The position numbers were made by a program, and so were the translations under genes. Positions 9,684 to 18,132 of a stretch of 64,000 nt of DNA are shown one piece after another. The stretch lies in contig JBFWNL010000001.1 of NCBI GenBank assembly GCA_050251055.1, positions 619,825 to 683,824 on the forward strand, in the 5' to 3' direction. Source of the DNA: Bacteriovoracia bacterium (GTDB taxonomy: Bacteria; Bdellovibrionota; UBA1018; JBFWNL01). Under the pieces are notes generated by a model. It was not told where the DNA came from. It made no database searches and saw only the letters and a program-made list of their open reading frames with translations. How positions within the stretch are numbered: position 1 is the stretch's first letter; each line of letters starts with the position of its first letter.

Positions 9684-10223
9684 ATGGCGTTTAAAACCTT
9701 CTACACCTCCGTCACGACCCTGCTTTTTGGAGTAGGAATTCTTTTGACCGTCCCGGCGGCCCACGCCGGCGTGTGGGTTCAGGGAGGTTTTTCCTTCCTA
9801 CAGTCCACGGAAACCCAGGGCGGTACGAGCGAGACTCGCATCCGTACCCTCACCACCCTCACCGGGGGTTATCGATTCGTGCAGGGATTTTTCGTGGGAG
9901 CCCAGTATTTGTTTTCGCGCGATTCCGCCACCCCGTCGAGTGCTTGGGCTATTGGCCCCAAAGGGGGGTTCCAGTACGGGGGATTCGAATTCACGGCGGC
10001 CTACCTACCGATCGCTCGCGATAGCTACGCGGCGGGGGTCCGCACGGGAAATGGGTTCGCGCTCAACCTCGGCTACGCGTGGGAAATCACGGGTCCCCTT
10101 CGCCTGGGCTTTTACGTGACCTACTGGACGGTAACTTACGCCAAACTCAACGGCGCGGATCTCTTCATTCGCCCCCAGGTCAATTATATCTCTCCCCAGC
10201 TCGCGCTCGTCTTCGCATTCTAA
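9684..10223 (+). CDS. Small outer-membrane beta-barrel protein
   Basis: Signal peptide (AHA cleavage), alternating aromatic/Gly beta strands, C-terminal Phe. Confidence 0.75.
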   Translation: MAFKTFYTSVTTLLFGVGILLTVPAAHAGVWVQGGFSFLQSTETQGGTSETRIRTLTTLTGGYRFVQGFFVGAQYLFSRDSATPSSAWAIGPKGGFQYGGFEFTAAYLPIARDSYAAGVRTGNGFALNLGYAWEITGPLRLGFYVTYWTVTYAKLNGADLFIRPQVNYISPQLALVFAF

Positions 10224-10334
10224 GCGTTTTCGCGTTTTCACTAGGTCAAAAACGACACATTCTCAAGCGACCGCCCCTCAGCGATAATGATTGATGAGGC
10301 GTTCCGGTGTAAGGGTACAGAGCAAGGATCTTTT

Positions 10335-10829
10335 GTGAAACACTATTCGTGTCTTCTGATCGCCTTCACCACGTGCGCGCTCGTCACGGGCTGCGCCAAG
10401 AAAACATTTTCCATCAAGACATCGCCGTCGACTCCCAGTCTTTTCCAATCCACGGCCGCGTACTCCGACATCGCGGGCAGCGACGCGACAGCGGAACCCA
10501 CCTGGACTCGTTTCAAGCTAGTCGTGACGAACAACGGCACCGATACGGGTTGCGTAGGCACCGTGCGGGTAAAATTCAGCGACGTAAACAACACGGTCTG
10601 CGAATTCGTCGCCACCGAGTTTAGTTTGACCGCTTTCATGACCGTTCCCGCCGGTGAAACGGTAACTAGCACGCAGAGCTTTTATTGCACTGGGATCGGC
10701 GACGAAGAGGATCCGGTCACCGCGATCAACGGCACCATCGAAGCCATCGGTTGGGTAGGTAGCGATTGCACGGCCGAAGACGCCGACAAGGCCGCGAGCG
10801 GCGAAGCGGGCTTCAGCGCCGTCGAGTAG
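10335..10829 (+). CDS. Hypothetical lipoprotein (beta-rich, Cys-containing)
   Basis: GTG at 10335 gives MKHYSCLLIAFTTCALVTGC with lipobox VTGC; same frame as ORF 10287..10829. Confidence 0.65.
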   Translation: MKHYSCLLIAFTTCALVTGCAKKTFSIKTSPSTPSLFQSTAAYSDIAGSDATAEPTWTRFKLVVTNNGTDTGCVGTVRVKFSDVNNTVCEFVATEFSLTAFMTVPAGETVTSTQSFYCTGIGDEEDPVTAINGTIEAIGWVGSDCTAEDADKAASGEAGFSAVE

Positions 10830-10836
10830 CGAACCC

Positions 10837-11091
10837 TCACTGCAAGCGATGCATCAAGCTGCGGACCTTGACTCCGCATTCGGGGCATTTGGCCGATTCC
10901 ATCGTCAAGTTGCGGCTGAAGTCGGTGCTATGGGTAAAGTGGAGGTTGCCTCCGCAAAGGCCACAGTGGGTATATCGGTCCACCATTTCCTTTGCGGAGC
11001 CAAAGACGCGGCCGAAAGAGTCTTCGCCTTCGAGGTTTCCCTCGCTCTCGACCAACTCCTGATCCAGCATTTCGTCTTCTCGTTGCGACAT
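10837..11091 (-). CDS. Small zinc-ribbon protein
   Basis: CGLC...CPEC, acidic N-terminus, GGAGG RBS. Confidence 0.75.
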   Translation of the reverse strand: MSQREDEMLDQELVESEGNLEGEDSFGRVFGSAKEMVDRYTHCGLCGGNLHFTHSTDFSRNLTMESAKCPECGVKVRSLMHRLQ

Positions 11092-11214
11092 CGAAACCTC
11101 CGAGCTTGGGCGCTCACTAGGGCCTATTCGTGTGTGTGGTGTGCGAAAAAACTCCCTCTTGTCTTCCCCATTGGAGCCACTTGAGGTGCCCGTTCCTTGG
11201 GCCGCACATGAAAG

Positions 11215-11241
11215 AGTTCGGATCTAAGCCAAGGTTTCTAA
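11215..11241 (-). promoter_or_regulatory. Possible sigma28 (FliA)-type promoter upstream of the zinc-ribbon gene
   Basis: TTAG-N15-TCCGAACT versus consensus TAAA-N15-GCCGATAA; weak match. Confidence 0.25.
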
Positions 11242-11350
11242 ATAGGAATTATTTGCCCCGAGAATATGGGGACAGAAAGCCGAAAACACGCGTCCAGAGC
11301 GGACTTTGAAGGTAGGCAGAATTTACCGAAAAACCGGGAAAAAGACGGGT

Positions 11351-11848
11351 CTAGAGACCTTTGGCCATGGCAATGGCCTTCGGAACGCTCGGGAGATTCA
11401 TTTTCGCGTCGCGAATGATCTTCACTGCTTCGGCTTGGCGCAGACGGCCCGCCTTCATTTTTTCGCAGAGAATGGGTTCGAGCGGATCAGTGATAGAGTA
11501 TACCGACTTGTGCTGCGGCCAGAGGTTGTCGGTGGCGTTGCTACCGCCCATGCAAAGCGGGATGAAATGATCGATCTTGAACTCCTGGCGATTCATCTCT
11601 TGCACGTGAAAGCCAAGCTTGCGGTCGTAGTCGGCAATGATCGCGCGTTTGCGTTCAGTAGTAACGTTTCGCTCGCAGTAAGGAATTCCTTCAGGATAGC
11701 GTTTTTCCGTCGGCCGCTCGCAAAGCGATCCCGGCGTCATCTCGAGATCCGGCGAGGTTGGAAAATCATCTTCGGCTTGTGAAGGGGAAACCACCCAGGC
11801 TTGGGCAAGGAGTAGGACCAGGGAGCAAAAACGAGCCGTCTTGTTCAA
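11351..11848 (-). CDS. Secreted HNH-like endonuclease
   Basis: Signal peptide; IDHFIPLCMGGSNATDNLWPQ HNH core; GGAGG RBS before the TTG start. Confidence 0.75.
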   Translation of the reverse strand: MNKTARFCSLVLLLAQAWVVSPSQAEDDFPTSPDLEMTPGSLCERPTEKRYPEGIPYCERNVTTERKRAIIADYDRKLGFHVQEMNRQEFKIDHFIPLCMGGSNATDNLWPQHKSVYSITDPLEPILCEKMKAGRLRQAEAVKIIRDAKMNLPSVPKAIAMAKGL

Positions 11849-12027
11849 GTAGCCTCCAATAGTCGAGCATTTGCGGTGCCCGGTAGAAACGCCGAACCGA
11901 TCTTCGGCTTATATTCGAGTCGTGAAGGAAATACCTGAGCCCCCCGAAAACGTCAAAAACTCTTTACAAGACGCGAGGTTATATAAGATTCATATATTGC
12001 GCCGCACAAACGCATTGAAATACTTTG

Positions 12028-13419
12028 CTATTCTTTGTCTTCCAGTCCCTTCGGAGCAAGTTTGGAGAGCTGCACGGCCAGCCAAGGGGGCTGGCGGTCC
12101 ATGATTTCCGCACGCTCCTTGCGCGCAACCGCCGAGCGCACGAGGTGCGCGCCAACATAGCGGAACGGCTCGGGCGGGAACTTTCCTGCCGACTTGCCGA
12201 CCAGGGGGTACTGAGACCAGCGGTCGTGCTTATCCAAAGCGAGGCTCGCGAGGATTTTTCCGCCAATGCGGCTGGGTCCGACGCCGTTTCCACTCCACCC
12301 TACCCCATAGATGATCTGTTCCTGGCCCGCGAATCTTCCGAGTAGCGGCAGGCTATTCGGCGTCCGATCAATGGGGCCTGACCAGTCGTGGGTGACGGGC
12401 ACATCCTTCAATAACGGGTAGTAGCGACGGAAATCCGCCTCCACGGCCCGTGCGCGCGCGCGATTTCGATCGAAGTCGGGGCGGAGATTTCCGCCGTAGG
12501 CGATTCCCCATCCGCCCTTGCCAAACGCCACGCGGTGGTCCGCGGTGACGTGGTAATAGTCCACCATCATCTGAGAATCGGTGATGCACTCGCCGCCCGT
12601 CCAGCCGGTGCGCGCCAAGGCGTCTTGGGCGGGCGCGGTGACGATCATGTCACTCGTGATGGCGACGATGGAGCGGGACAGCTCGCGGATGCCGGCCGCC
12701 CAGGCATTGTTACAAATAACGAGCTTCTGGGCGGTCACCGTCCCACCGCCCGTGCGGATACGAACGGGCCGGGTGCGCGTGAAACTCTCGACCATCGTAT
12801 TTTCAAAAATCCGCACGCCCATTTTCAGCGCCACCTGGCGCAGCCCCCGAACGTAACGGGCGGGATGTAAAGTCGCCGCCGTCATGTCCACCACGCCCGC
12901 GCGATGGGCGGGGGACCCGGTACGACGGGCGATCTCCGTGTCCGGCAGCGCACGGAAGGCTTCCACGCCCAGCTTCTCGCAAACTTTGACCACACTATCC
13001 CAGGCGCCCATCTGCGCATTTGAGGTCGCCGTCCAAAGCCACGGGGACTTACGAAACTGGATGTCGATTTGATGCTCGCGGAAGAAGTCTGCAATTTCGC
13101 CAATGGCCGCTTCGGAGTCGCGCGCGACGGCCAAACCCTCCTCCCGCCCGCAAAGTTTCACGAGCGAGGAAATCTTCGGCCACCAAGAGAGCGCAAATCC
13201 GCCGTTCCGTCCGGAGGCTCCGCCGCCGCAAATATCTTGTTCCAGCACCACGACGTCGGCGCCCGGATCCTGCCGCTTAATTTCGAGGGCGGTCCAAAGA
13301 CCCACGTAACCCCCACCTAACACGGCGATATCGGCTTTGCCTTCGCCCGACCAAGCCGGCGCTATGGGAGCGTCTCCGACGGTTTCTTCGAGCCAAAATG
13401 ACCGGTGGGGCATCTGCAT
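12028..13419 (-). CDS. FAD-dependent oxidoreductase (DadA/PuuB-like amine oxidase family)
   Basis: GGGYVGLW, GASGRNGG, HPARYVRGL, WSGPIDRT, GWSGNGVG. Confidence 0.9.
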   Translation of the reverse strand: MQMPHRSFWLEETVGDAPIAPAWSGEGKADIAVLGGGYVGLWTALEIKRQDPGADVVVLEQDICGGGASGRNGGFALSWWPKISSLVKLCGREEGLAVARDSEAAIGEIADFFREHQIDIQFRKSPWLWTATSNAQMGAWDSVVKVCEKLGVEAFRALPDTEIARRTGSPAHRAGVVDMTAATLHPARYVRGLRQVALKMGVRIFENTMVESFTRTRPVRIRTGGGTVTAQKLVICNNAWAAGIRELSRSIVAITSDMIVTAPAQDALARTGWTGGECITDSQMMVDYYHVTADHRVAFGKGGWGIAYGGNLRPDFDRNRARARAVEADFRRYYPLLKDVPVTHDWSGPIDRTPNSLPLLGRFAGQEQIIYGVGWSGNGVGPSRIGGKILASLALDKHDRWSQYPLVGKSAGKFPPEPFRYVGAHLVRSAVARKERAEIMDRQPPWLAVQLSKLAPKGLEDKE

Positions 13420-13461
13420 GACGCCCTGCCACTTCTCACGCTTTCTGCTCTATTTCCAGCG

Positions 13462-15306
13462 CTAACCCGAGGAATCTCCACCCTGGATCGTGCGTTTGCT
13501 CCGCACCTTGCGGTGGTAGGCCACGGCAAAACGATGCGCCTCATCGCGCACGTGGGTCAATAGCTTGTAAGCCGAAGTATGCGGCAGGAGCGAAACCGGG
13601 TTCTTGCGACCCGGGATAAACACGCGCTCGAAGGTGCTGGCCACTTCCTTGGCTTGAAAGTTCCTCTCGGTGCGCGCCTTCGCGAGACCAACCACGCCGA
13701 TGCCTTGAATGTTCAGCTCCTCAAAGATGGAGACGGCCTGTGCCAGCTGGCCGCGGCCACCGTCGACCACGACCAGATCGGGAAAAGCATCCGGTCCGGA
13801 GCCGGCCGCGCCTCCCGTCGCTAGGCCCCGCTCGAAACGACGTCCCAAAACCTCGCGCATCATGGCGAAGTCGTTCGCGCCTTCCACCGTGCGGATCTTA
13901 TAGCGGCGGTACAGGTCCTTGTCGGGCGCGCCATCGATAAACACCACGCGGGAGGCCACCGCATCGTCACCCTGGATGTTGGAGATGTCGTAGCACTCGA
14001 TGCGCGAAGGCAAGCGAGGCAACTGCAATTTCCGCTGGACCTCTTCCAGCGCCTGCAGGCCGTGGCCCGCGTTGCGCTTCTGGGCGAGCTCGAGCGCATG
14101 CTTGGCGTTGGCACGCGCCACATTCACCAGCTGGGTGTCTTTTTCAAACTCTACGCTGCCGGGTTCCCCTCCGGGCACGCGGATCGCCAAACCGAGCGTG
14201 CGCTCGAGCAGGTCTGGATCTTCAGGCGCCGAAGGCAGGAGAACCTCCTGCGCCACCGGGGTGTAAAAGTCCGCATGCTCCGGATCCGCATCCTTCTTTT
14301 CTTCCTTCTTACGCTCGCCCAAATAGAACTGGGCGAGAAACTCCGTGATAATCTCCAGGTCCGAAACGTCTGGATCCGTGTTCTGAAGGTGGAAGTGCTT
14401 GGCCGAGATGAGCTTACCCTTGCGGATCTGTAACACCGCCGCGTGCGCGTCCTGATCGGCGCGCGCGATCCCCACCACGTCGCGGTCTTTTTGCTCGGCC
14501 ACGTCCATCACGCTTTGGGTTTCCGTCACGAGCTGGATGTTGGCGAGCTGGTCGCGGTAAAACGCCGCCTGTTCGTATTCTTCGCGATCAGACGCATCCT
14601 GCATCCCTCGCCTCAACTCCTGAATGATCCGGTCGCCCTTGCCTTCGAGCACCGAAATCGCCTGCCCGATCGAATCTTTATACTGCTCGCCGGACACCTT
14701 CCCCACGCAGGGAGCCGAGCAACGGCCCATTTGGTAAAGCAGGCACGGACGGGAACGGTGCCGAAACGTGTTGTCGGAACAGTCCCGCAAAGCGAGCGTT
14801 TCATTTAAAAGCTGGAGTACCTGGCGAGCGGACCAAGCCGACGGAAACGGGCCGAAGTAGCGGGCGCCGTCGCGCCGGGGCTTACGGGTCCACTCCAACC
14901 GGGGAAAAGCCTCGCTCAAGTTGATGCGGATGTAAGGATAGGCCTTGTCGTCCTTGAGCATCACGTTGAACTTTGGCTTGTGCTTCTTGATCAGGGTGCA
15001 CTCTAAGATGAGCGCTTCCGCCTCGGTTTCCGTCAGGATCACTTCGAAGCGGTTGATGCGACGGACGAGGTTCTCGATGCGTAGGTGCTCGTGCGGGGCC
15101 GGCCTAAAATAGGTCGTGAGCCGGTTGCGCAGGTTCTTCGCCTTTCCCACGTATAGAACGACCCCCTCGGCATCCTTCATCAGATAGACGCCCGGAGCCG
15201 TCGAGGCCTCGCGTGCGGCGGAGGCGCACCTTTCTCGACTGGTTTTGTCTTCTATTATAACGGGAGGAGCCGGGGTAGGCTCGAAATCGTCATCCATTAC
15301 GATCAC
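13462..15306 (-). CDS. uvrC: Excinuclease ABC subunit C (no C-terminal HhH domain)
   Basis: GIY-YIG (PGVYLMKD...YVGKAKNLR), Cys cluster, UVR domain, RNase H-like domain (IECYDISN, DGGRGQL, RDEAHRFA). Confidence 0.95.
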   Translation of the reverse strand: MIVMDDDFEPTPAPPVIIEDKTSRERCASAAREASTAPGVYLMKDAEGVVLYVGKAKNLRNRLTTYFRPAPHEHLRIENLVRRINRFEVILTETEAEALILECTLIKKHKPKFNVMLKDDKAYPYIRINLSEAFPRLEWTRKPRRDGARYFGPFPSAWSARQVLQLLNETLALRDCSDNTFRHRSRPCLLYQMGRCSAPCVGKVSGEQYKDSIGQAISVLEGKGDRIIQELRRGMQDASDREEYEQAAFYRDQLANIQLVTETQSVMDVAEQKDRDVVGIARADQDAHAAVLQIRKGKLISAKHFHLQNTDPDVSDLEIITEFLAQFYLGERKKEEKKDADPEHADFYTPVAQEVLLPSAPEDPDLLERTLGLAIRVPGGEPGSVEFEKDTQLVNVARANAKHALELAQKRNAGHGLQALEEVQRKLQLPRLPSRIECYDISNIQGDDAVASRVVFIDGAPDKDLYRRYKIRTVEGANDFAMMREVLGRRFERGLATGGAAGSGPDAFPDLVVVDGGRGQLAQAVSIFEELNIQGIGVVGLAKARTERNFQAKEVASTFERVFIPGRKNPVSLLPHTSAYKLLTHVRDEAHRFAVAYHRKVRSKRTIQGGDSSG

Positions 15307-15391
15307 ACCTTACACCCATATCCCAATTGACGGGGAATGAAACACCCTGTTAGAAGTAGGCAAACCAAAAGAATCCCTCTAGGAGCCCCAA

Positions 15392-15826
15392 ATGGCCGGA
15401 AAATCGGACGTCGGAACCGAAACACTCTCGTATTGCACTAGCTGTAAAATGGACCTCACCCACTTTATCGTGGCCATGAAGGGCGACAAGATCGCCAAGG
15501 TCGAATGCAAAACCTGCAAGAAGACCCACGCTTTCAAAGCCCCGAAGGGCATCACGGAACCGGGCCAAAAGAAAACCCGCGCTTCGAAGAAAGCGACTGC
15601 GGAAATTAAGACGGTCGAAGCGGAGTGGGAACGGCTCATGACCACGCATAAAGACGCGCCGATGAAATCCTACACCATGAAGACGCTCTTTAGCCTGGGC
15701 GACAAGGTGAACCATAAGAACTTCGGCGAAGGCATCGTCGGCCGCCTGATCTATCCGAATAAAATCGAAGTCGTGTTCCGCACCGACGTAAAAATCCTGA
15801 TCCATCAGGGCGTCAAGACGCCATGA
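15392..15826 (+). CDS. Conserved hypothetical protein: N-terminal Zn ribbon plus C-terminal PcrA/UvrD-CTD-like Tudor domain
   Basis: CTSC...H...CKTC...H; FSLGDKVNHKNFGEGIV...KIEVVF; AGGAG RBS. Confidence 0.75.
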   Translation: MAGKSDVGTETLSYCTSCKMDLTHFIVAMKGDKIAKVECKTCKKTHAFKAPKGITEPGQKKTRASKKATAEIKTVEAEWERLMTTHKDAPMKSYTMKTLFSLGDKVNHKNFGEGIVGRLIYPNKIEVVFRTDVKILIHQGVKTP

Positions 15827-16455
15827 ATTTTCGCCGGGGGGCCGGCGCGCTGCTTTTTTTGGCGGCGCTTACCGCGTGCGCGGGTGCCCAAAAGAAAACC
15901 AAACCCGAGCTTGATGCGCTCGTGGGCAAGAAAGTTGCGCTCGTCGACGTAGACGCCGAGCCCACGCAACGAAACATCGTGGAAGTGGCGCTCGTAAACC
16001 AGCTCGTGAAGAAGGGCACCTTCATCCTGGTCTCCAAGCAGGATTACGAAGCCGCGAAAGCCCGCCCCGAAATTGGCCCTGGCGACTGGAAGAAAGCGGC
16101 CCAAGCTGCCGGCGCGGATTTCGCGCTCCAGGCGAAGGTCCTGCAGTTTGACGCCAAGGAGCACGAGGGCTATTCACGCGAAGAAGTCTACGATAGCCAG
16201 CTCGCCGAAGAACGCGGCGAAAAAGAAGGTAAAACCCAGCGCCTCTACAAGGTGAAATCGCTCGAGGGCAAGATCCGCGTCCGGATCCAATTCGACGATC
16301 TCAAGCAGGAAGACACGCGCGTCGCCGTGGCCGAAAAATCTGATCGCGCCCAAGCCGACAATCGTAAGGGAGCGATTCACCTGCCCGAAAAAATCCGTTT
16401 CATGGAGGCGCTCGCCAACGCTGCCTTCGACGAGTTCTTCGAGACCTACCGATAA
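15823..16455 (+). CDS. Hypothetical lipoprotein (CsgG/LpoB-like alpha/beta pattern)
   Basis: Lipobox LTAC; KVALVD...LVKKGTFILVS...AAQAAGADFAL pattern; ATGA overlap with the upstream gene. Confidence 0.65.
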   Translation: MNFRRGAGALLFLAALTACAGAQKKTKPELDALVGKKVALVDVDAEPTQRNIVEVALVNQLVKKGTFILVSKQDYEAAKARPEIGPGDWKKAAQAAGADFALQAKVLQFDAKEHEGYSREEVYDSQLAEERGEKEGKTQRLYKVKSLEGKIRVRIQFDDLKQEDTRVAVAEKSDRAQADNRKGAIHLPEKIRFMEALANAAFDEFFETYR

Positions 16456-16497
16456 AAATACAAAAGGCCAGTCCCCTCGCGGAAACCGGCCTCTTTT
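16456..16497 (-). terminator. Rho-independent terminator, probably bidirectional
   Basis: Minus strand GGCCGGTTTCC-GCGA-GGGGACTGGCC-TTTT; a T-run is also present on the plus side; lies between convergent genes. Confidence 0.8.
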
Positions 16498-16518
16498 AAA
16501 GACTGAACAAAACGGATC

Positions 16519-16767
16519 TTAGTGCGTCGAGGTCGAGGTTTCGCTGGTGGTTTCCGTGTGGGTTTCGGTGTGCGTGCCGGCGCCTTTCTTCTCTTCCTTC
16601 TTCATCTTCTTCGTCATCTTCTTCACGGCTTTAGTCGTCGTGGTCGCACCGTGCTCGGCCGTCGCGTGAGCGGCATCCGTGGCCGGAGCCGTCGCATGTC
16701 CGTGATCGTCGCCAAAAGCCACGGGAGCGGAGAGAGCCAATACCATCAATGGAATGAGTTTCTTCAT
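16519..16767 (-). CDS. Small secreted low-complexity His/Thr/Lys-rich protein
   Basis: MKKLIPLMVLALSAPVAFG signal peptide, AAGGA RBS, own terminator. Confidence 0.75.
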   Translation of the reverse strand: MKKLIPLMVLALSAPVAFGDDHGHATAPATDAAHATAEHGATTTTKAVKKMTKKMKKEEKKGAGTHTETHTETTSETSTSTH

Positions 16768-16837
16768 CTAGTCTTCCTTATCGATTAGTTACTGCGTTAC
16801 CCCCTAAATGTTCCAGAGGTAACTCTGAAAAACAAGA

Positions 16838-18022
16838 TTAGCTTGAGGACTTTAATCGTTTTTCCGCGAGCTCAAGCAAAGTCTCCGGATCCGTCCCCTC
16901 TTCCGGACAGGTGACGATCCCGTACTTCAGCCGACTGCCCAAGGTCTTTTCAATGCGGCCCAGCAAACGGGGGGCATCCCCCAGCTTGCAGTCGTCCATC
17001 ACGATTGCGACCTCGCCCCGGTCAGCCAACGAATAGGCCGCGTCCGATGCCCGGAACAGGCATTTCCGCATCTGTCCCCGGAATGCGTCGACGTCCTCGC
17101 CCGAGGGGACGGCGATGAGCGCAAGCGCCACCGAGCTGAGATCCGTGGAGCTTTCAAAAATGCGCGAACTGATAACGGCGCGAATGGCGTCGCGGGAACT
17201 CAACTCCGGCAAGCTCAAGGTGAGTACGATTTCAACCTTCCCGGGCGAACTTTGGGCCTGCTGGGTGAACTTGCCGTGATGCAGGTGGAGAATTTGATGC
17301 ACGAGTAGCAGCTCGCTCCCAATCCCCTCCCGGGTTCGGGTAAGAAAGGCCTCTTGGGTGCCGACGGTTCCACGAAAAGCCGCGCCCGCGCTCCCTGCCC
17401 CGCTCTTGAAGGCAACGGAAGCTTCCACCCAGTGGGACTTCCATTCCTCCGCCATGGGAGCTGGAATCTCGAAGCGAAAGTCAATCGCATGCGGCGCGTA
17501 CTTGATTTGTACGTGACTACCCGGTTGGGCGCGGGCCACTAGGACCTGAAGCACGAGATCAACGGCGCGACCGAGTTTCTGGGGGTCGCCCAGGATGGGA
17601 GCCGTAACGTCGACCAGCTGTTCGGAACCAGCCAGATCGCCCGGCTGCCCCCCAATGGGAAACGTCGCATTCCCCACGAACTCAAATTGCAGGCCCTGCC
17701 CCTTGAAAAGCACGGCGTTGGCCGCGCACCGACGGTGCACTAGGCGGGGAAAATCGATCTCGCGCAGCCGCGCATGAAACGTACCGCTCTCCATCGCCGC
17801 AAGGTCCAAAAGCTCGCCCAATGTCTGATGCAGGCGAAGCGCGTTCCGGCGAGCCATGCCCACGAGCTCCTTCACCGAGAACTCCCCCGGCGTGTCCCCC
17901 TGCTCCTCCAAAATGCCCAAGGAGTTGAGGATACCGGTGAGCGGCGTGCGCAGCTCGTGTGAAATCAGCGAAAGCAAATTGGACTGGAACGAACGAAAGA
18001 GCGCTTCATCGCTGGGGCGCAA
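16838..18022 (-). CDS. Sensor-less HisKA protein with degenerate HATPase and degenerate GGDEF domains
   Basis: H-box ISHELRTPLTGI; eroded N and G boxes; C-terminal RASDAAYSLADRGE...YGIVTCPEEGTDPETLLELAEKRL. The frame is open upstream to a CTG at 18136 that overlaps the mrp stop. Confidence 0.75.
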   Translation of the reverse strand: MRPSDEALFRSFQSNLLSLISHELRTPLTGILNSLGILEEQGDTPGEFSVKELVGMARRNALRLHQTLGELLDLAAMESGTFHARLREIDFPRLVHRRCAANAVLFKGQGLQFEFVGNATFPIGGQPGDLAGSEQLVDVTAPILGDPQKLGRAVDLVLQVLVARAQPGSHVQIKYAPHAIDFRFEIPAPMAEEWKSHWVEASVAFKSGAGSAGAAFRGTVGTQEAFLTRTREGIGSELLLVHQILHLHHGKFTQQAQSSPGKVEIVLTLSLPELSSRDAIRAVISSRIFESSTDLSSVALALIAVPSGEDVDAFRGQMRKCLFRASDAAYSLADRGEVAIVMDDCKLGDAPRLLGRIEKTLGSRLKYGIVTCPEEGTDPETLLELAEKRLKSSS

Positions 18023-18132
18023 GTCGTCATTGGTGGGTTGATGGCCAACCGGCGAGATTTTAACGACGGCACTCTTGCCGGTCTTGTTCCCCTTAGGAGC
18101 CGACTTCGTCTTTCCCGCTCCCCGAGTTTTTT

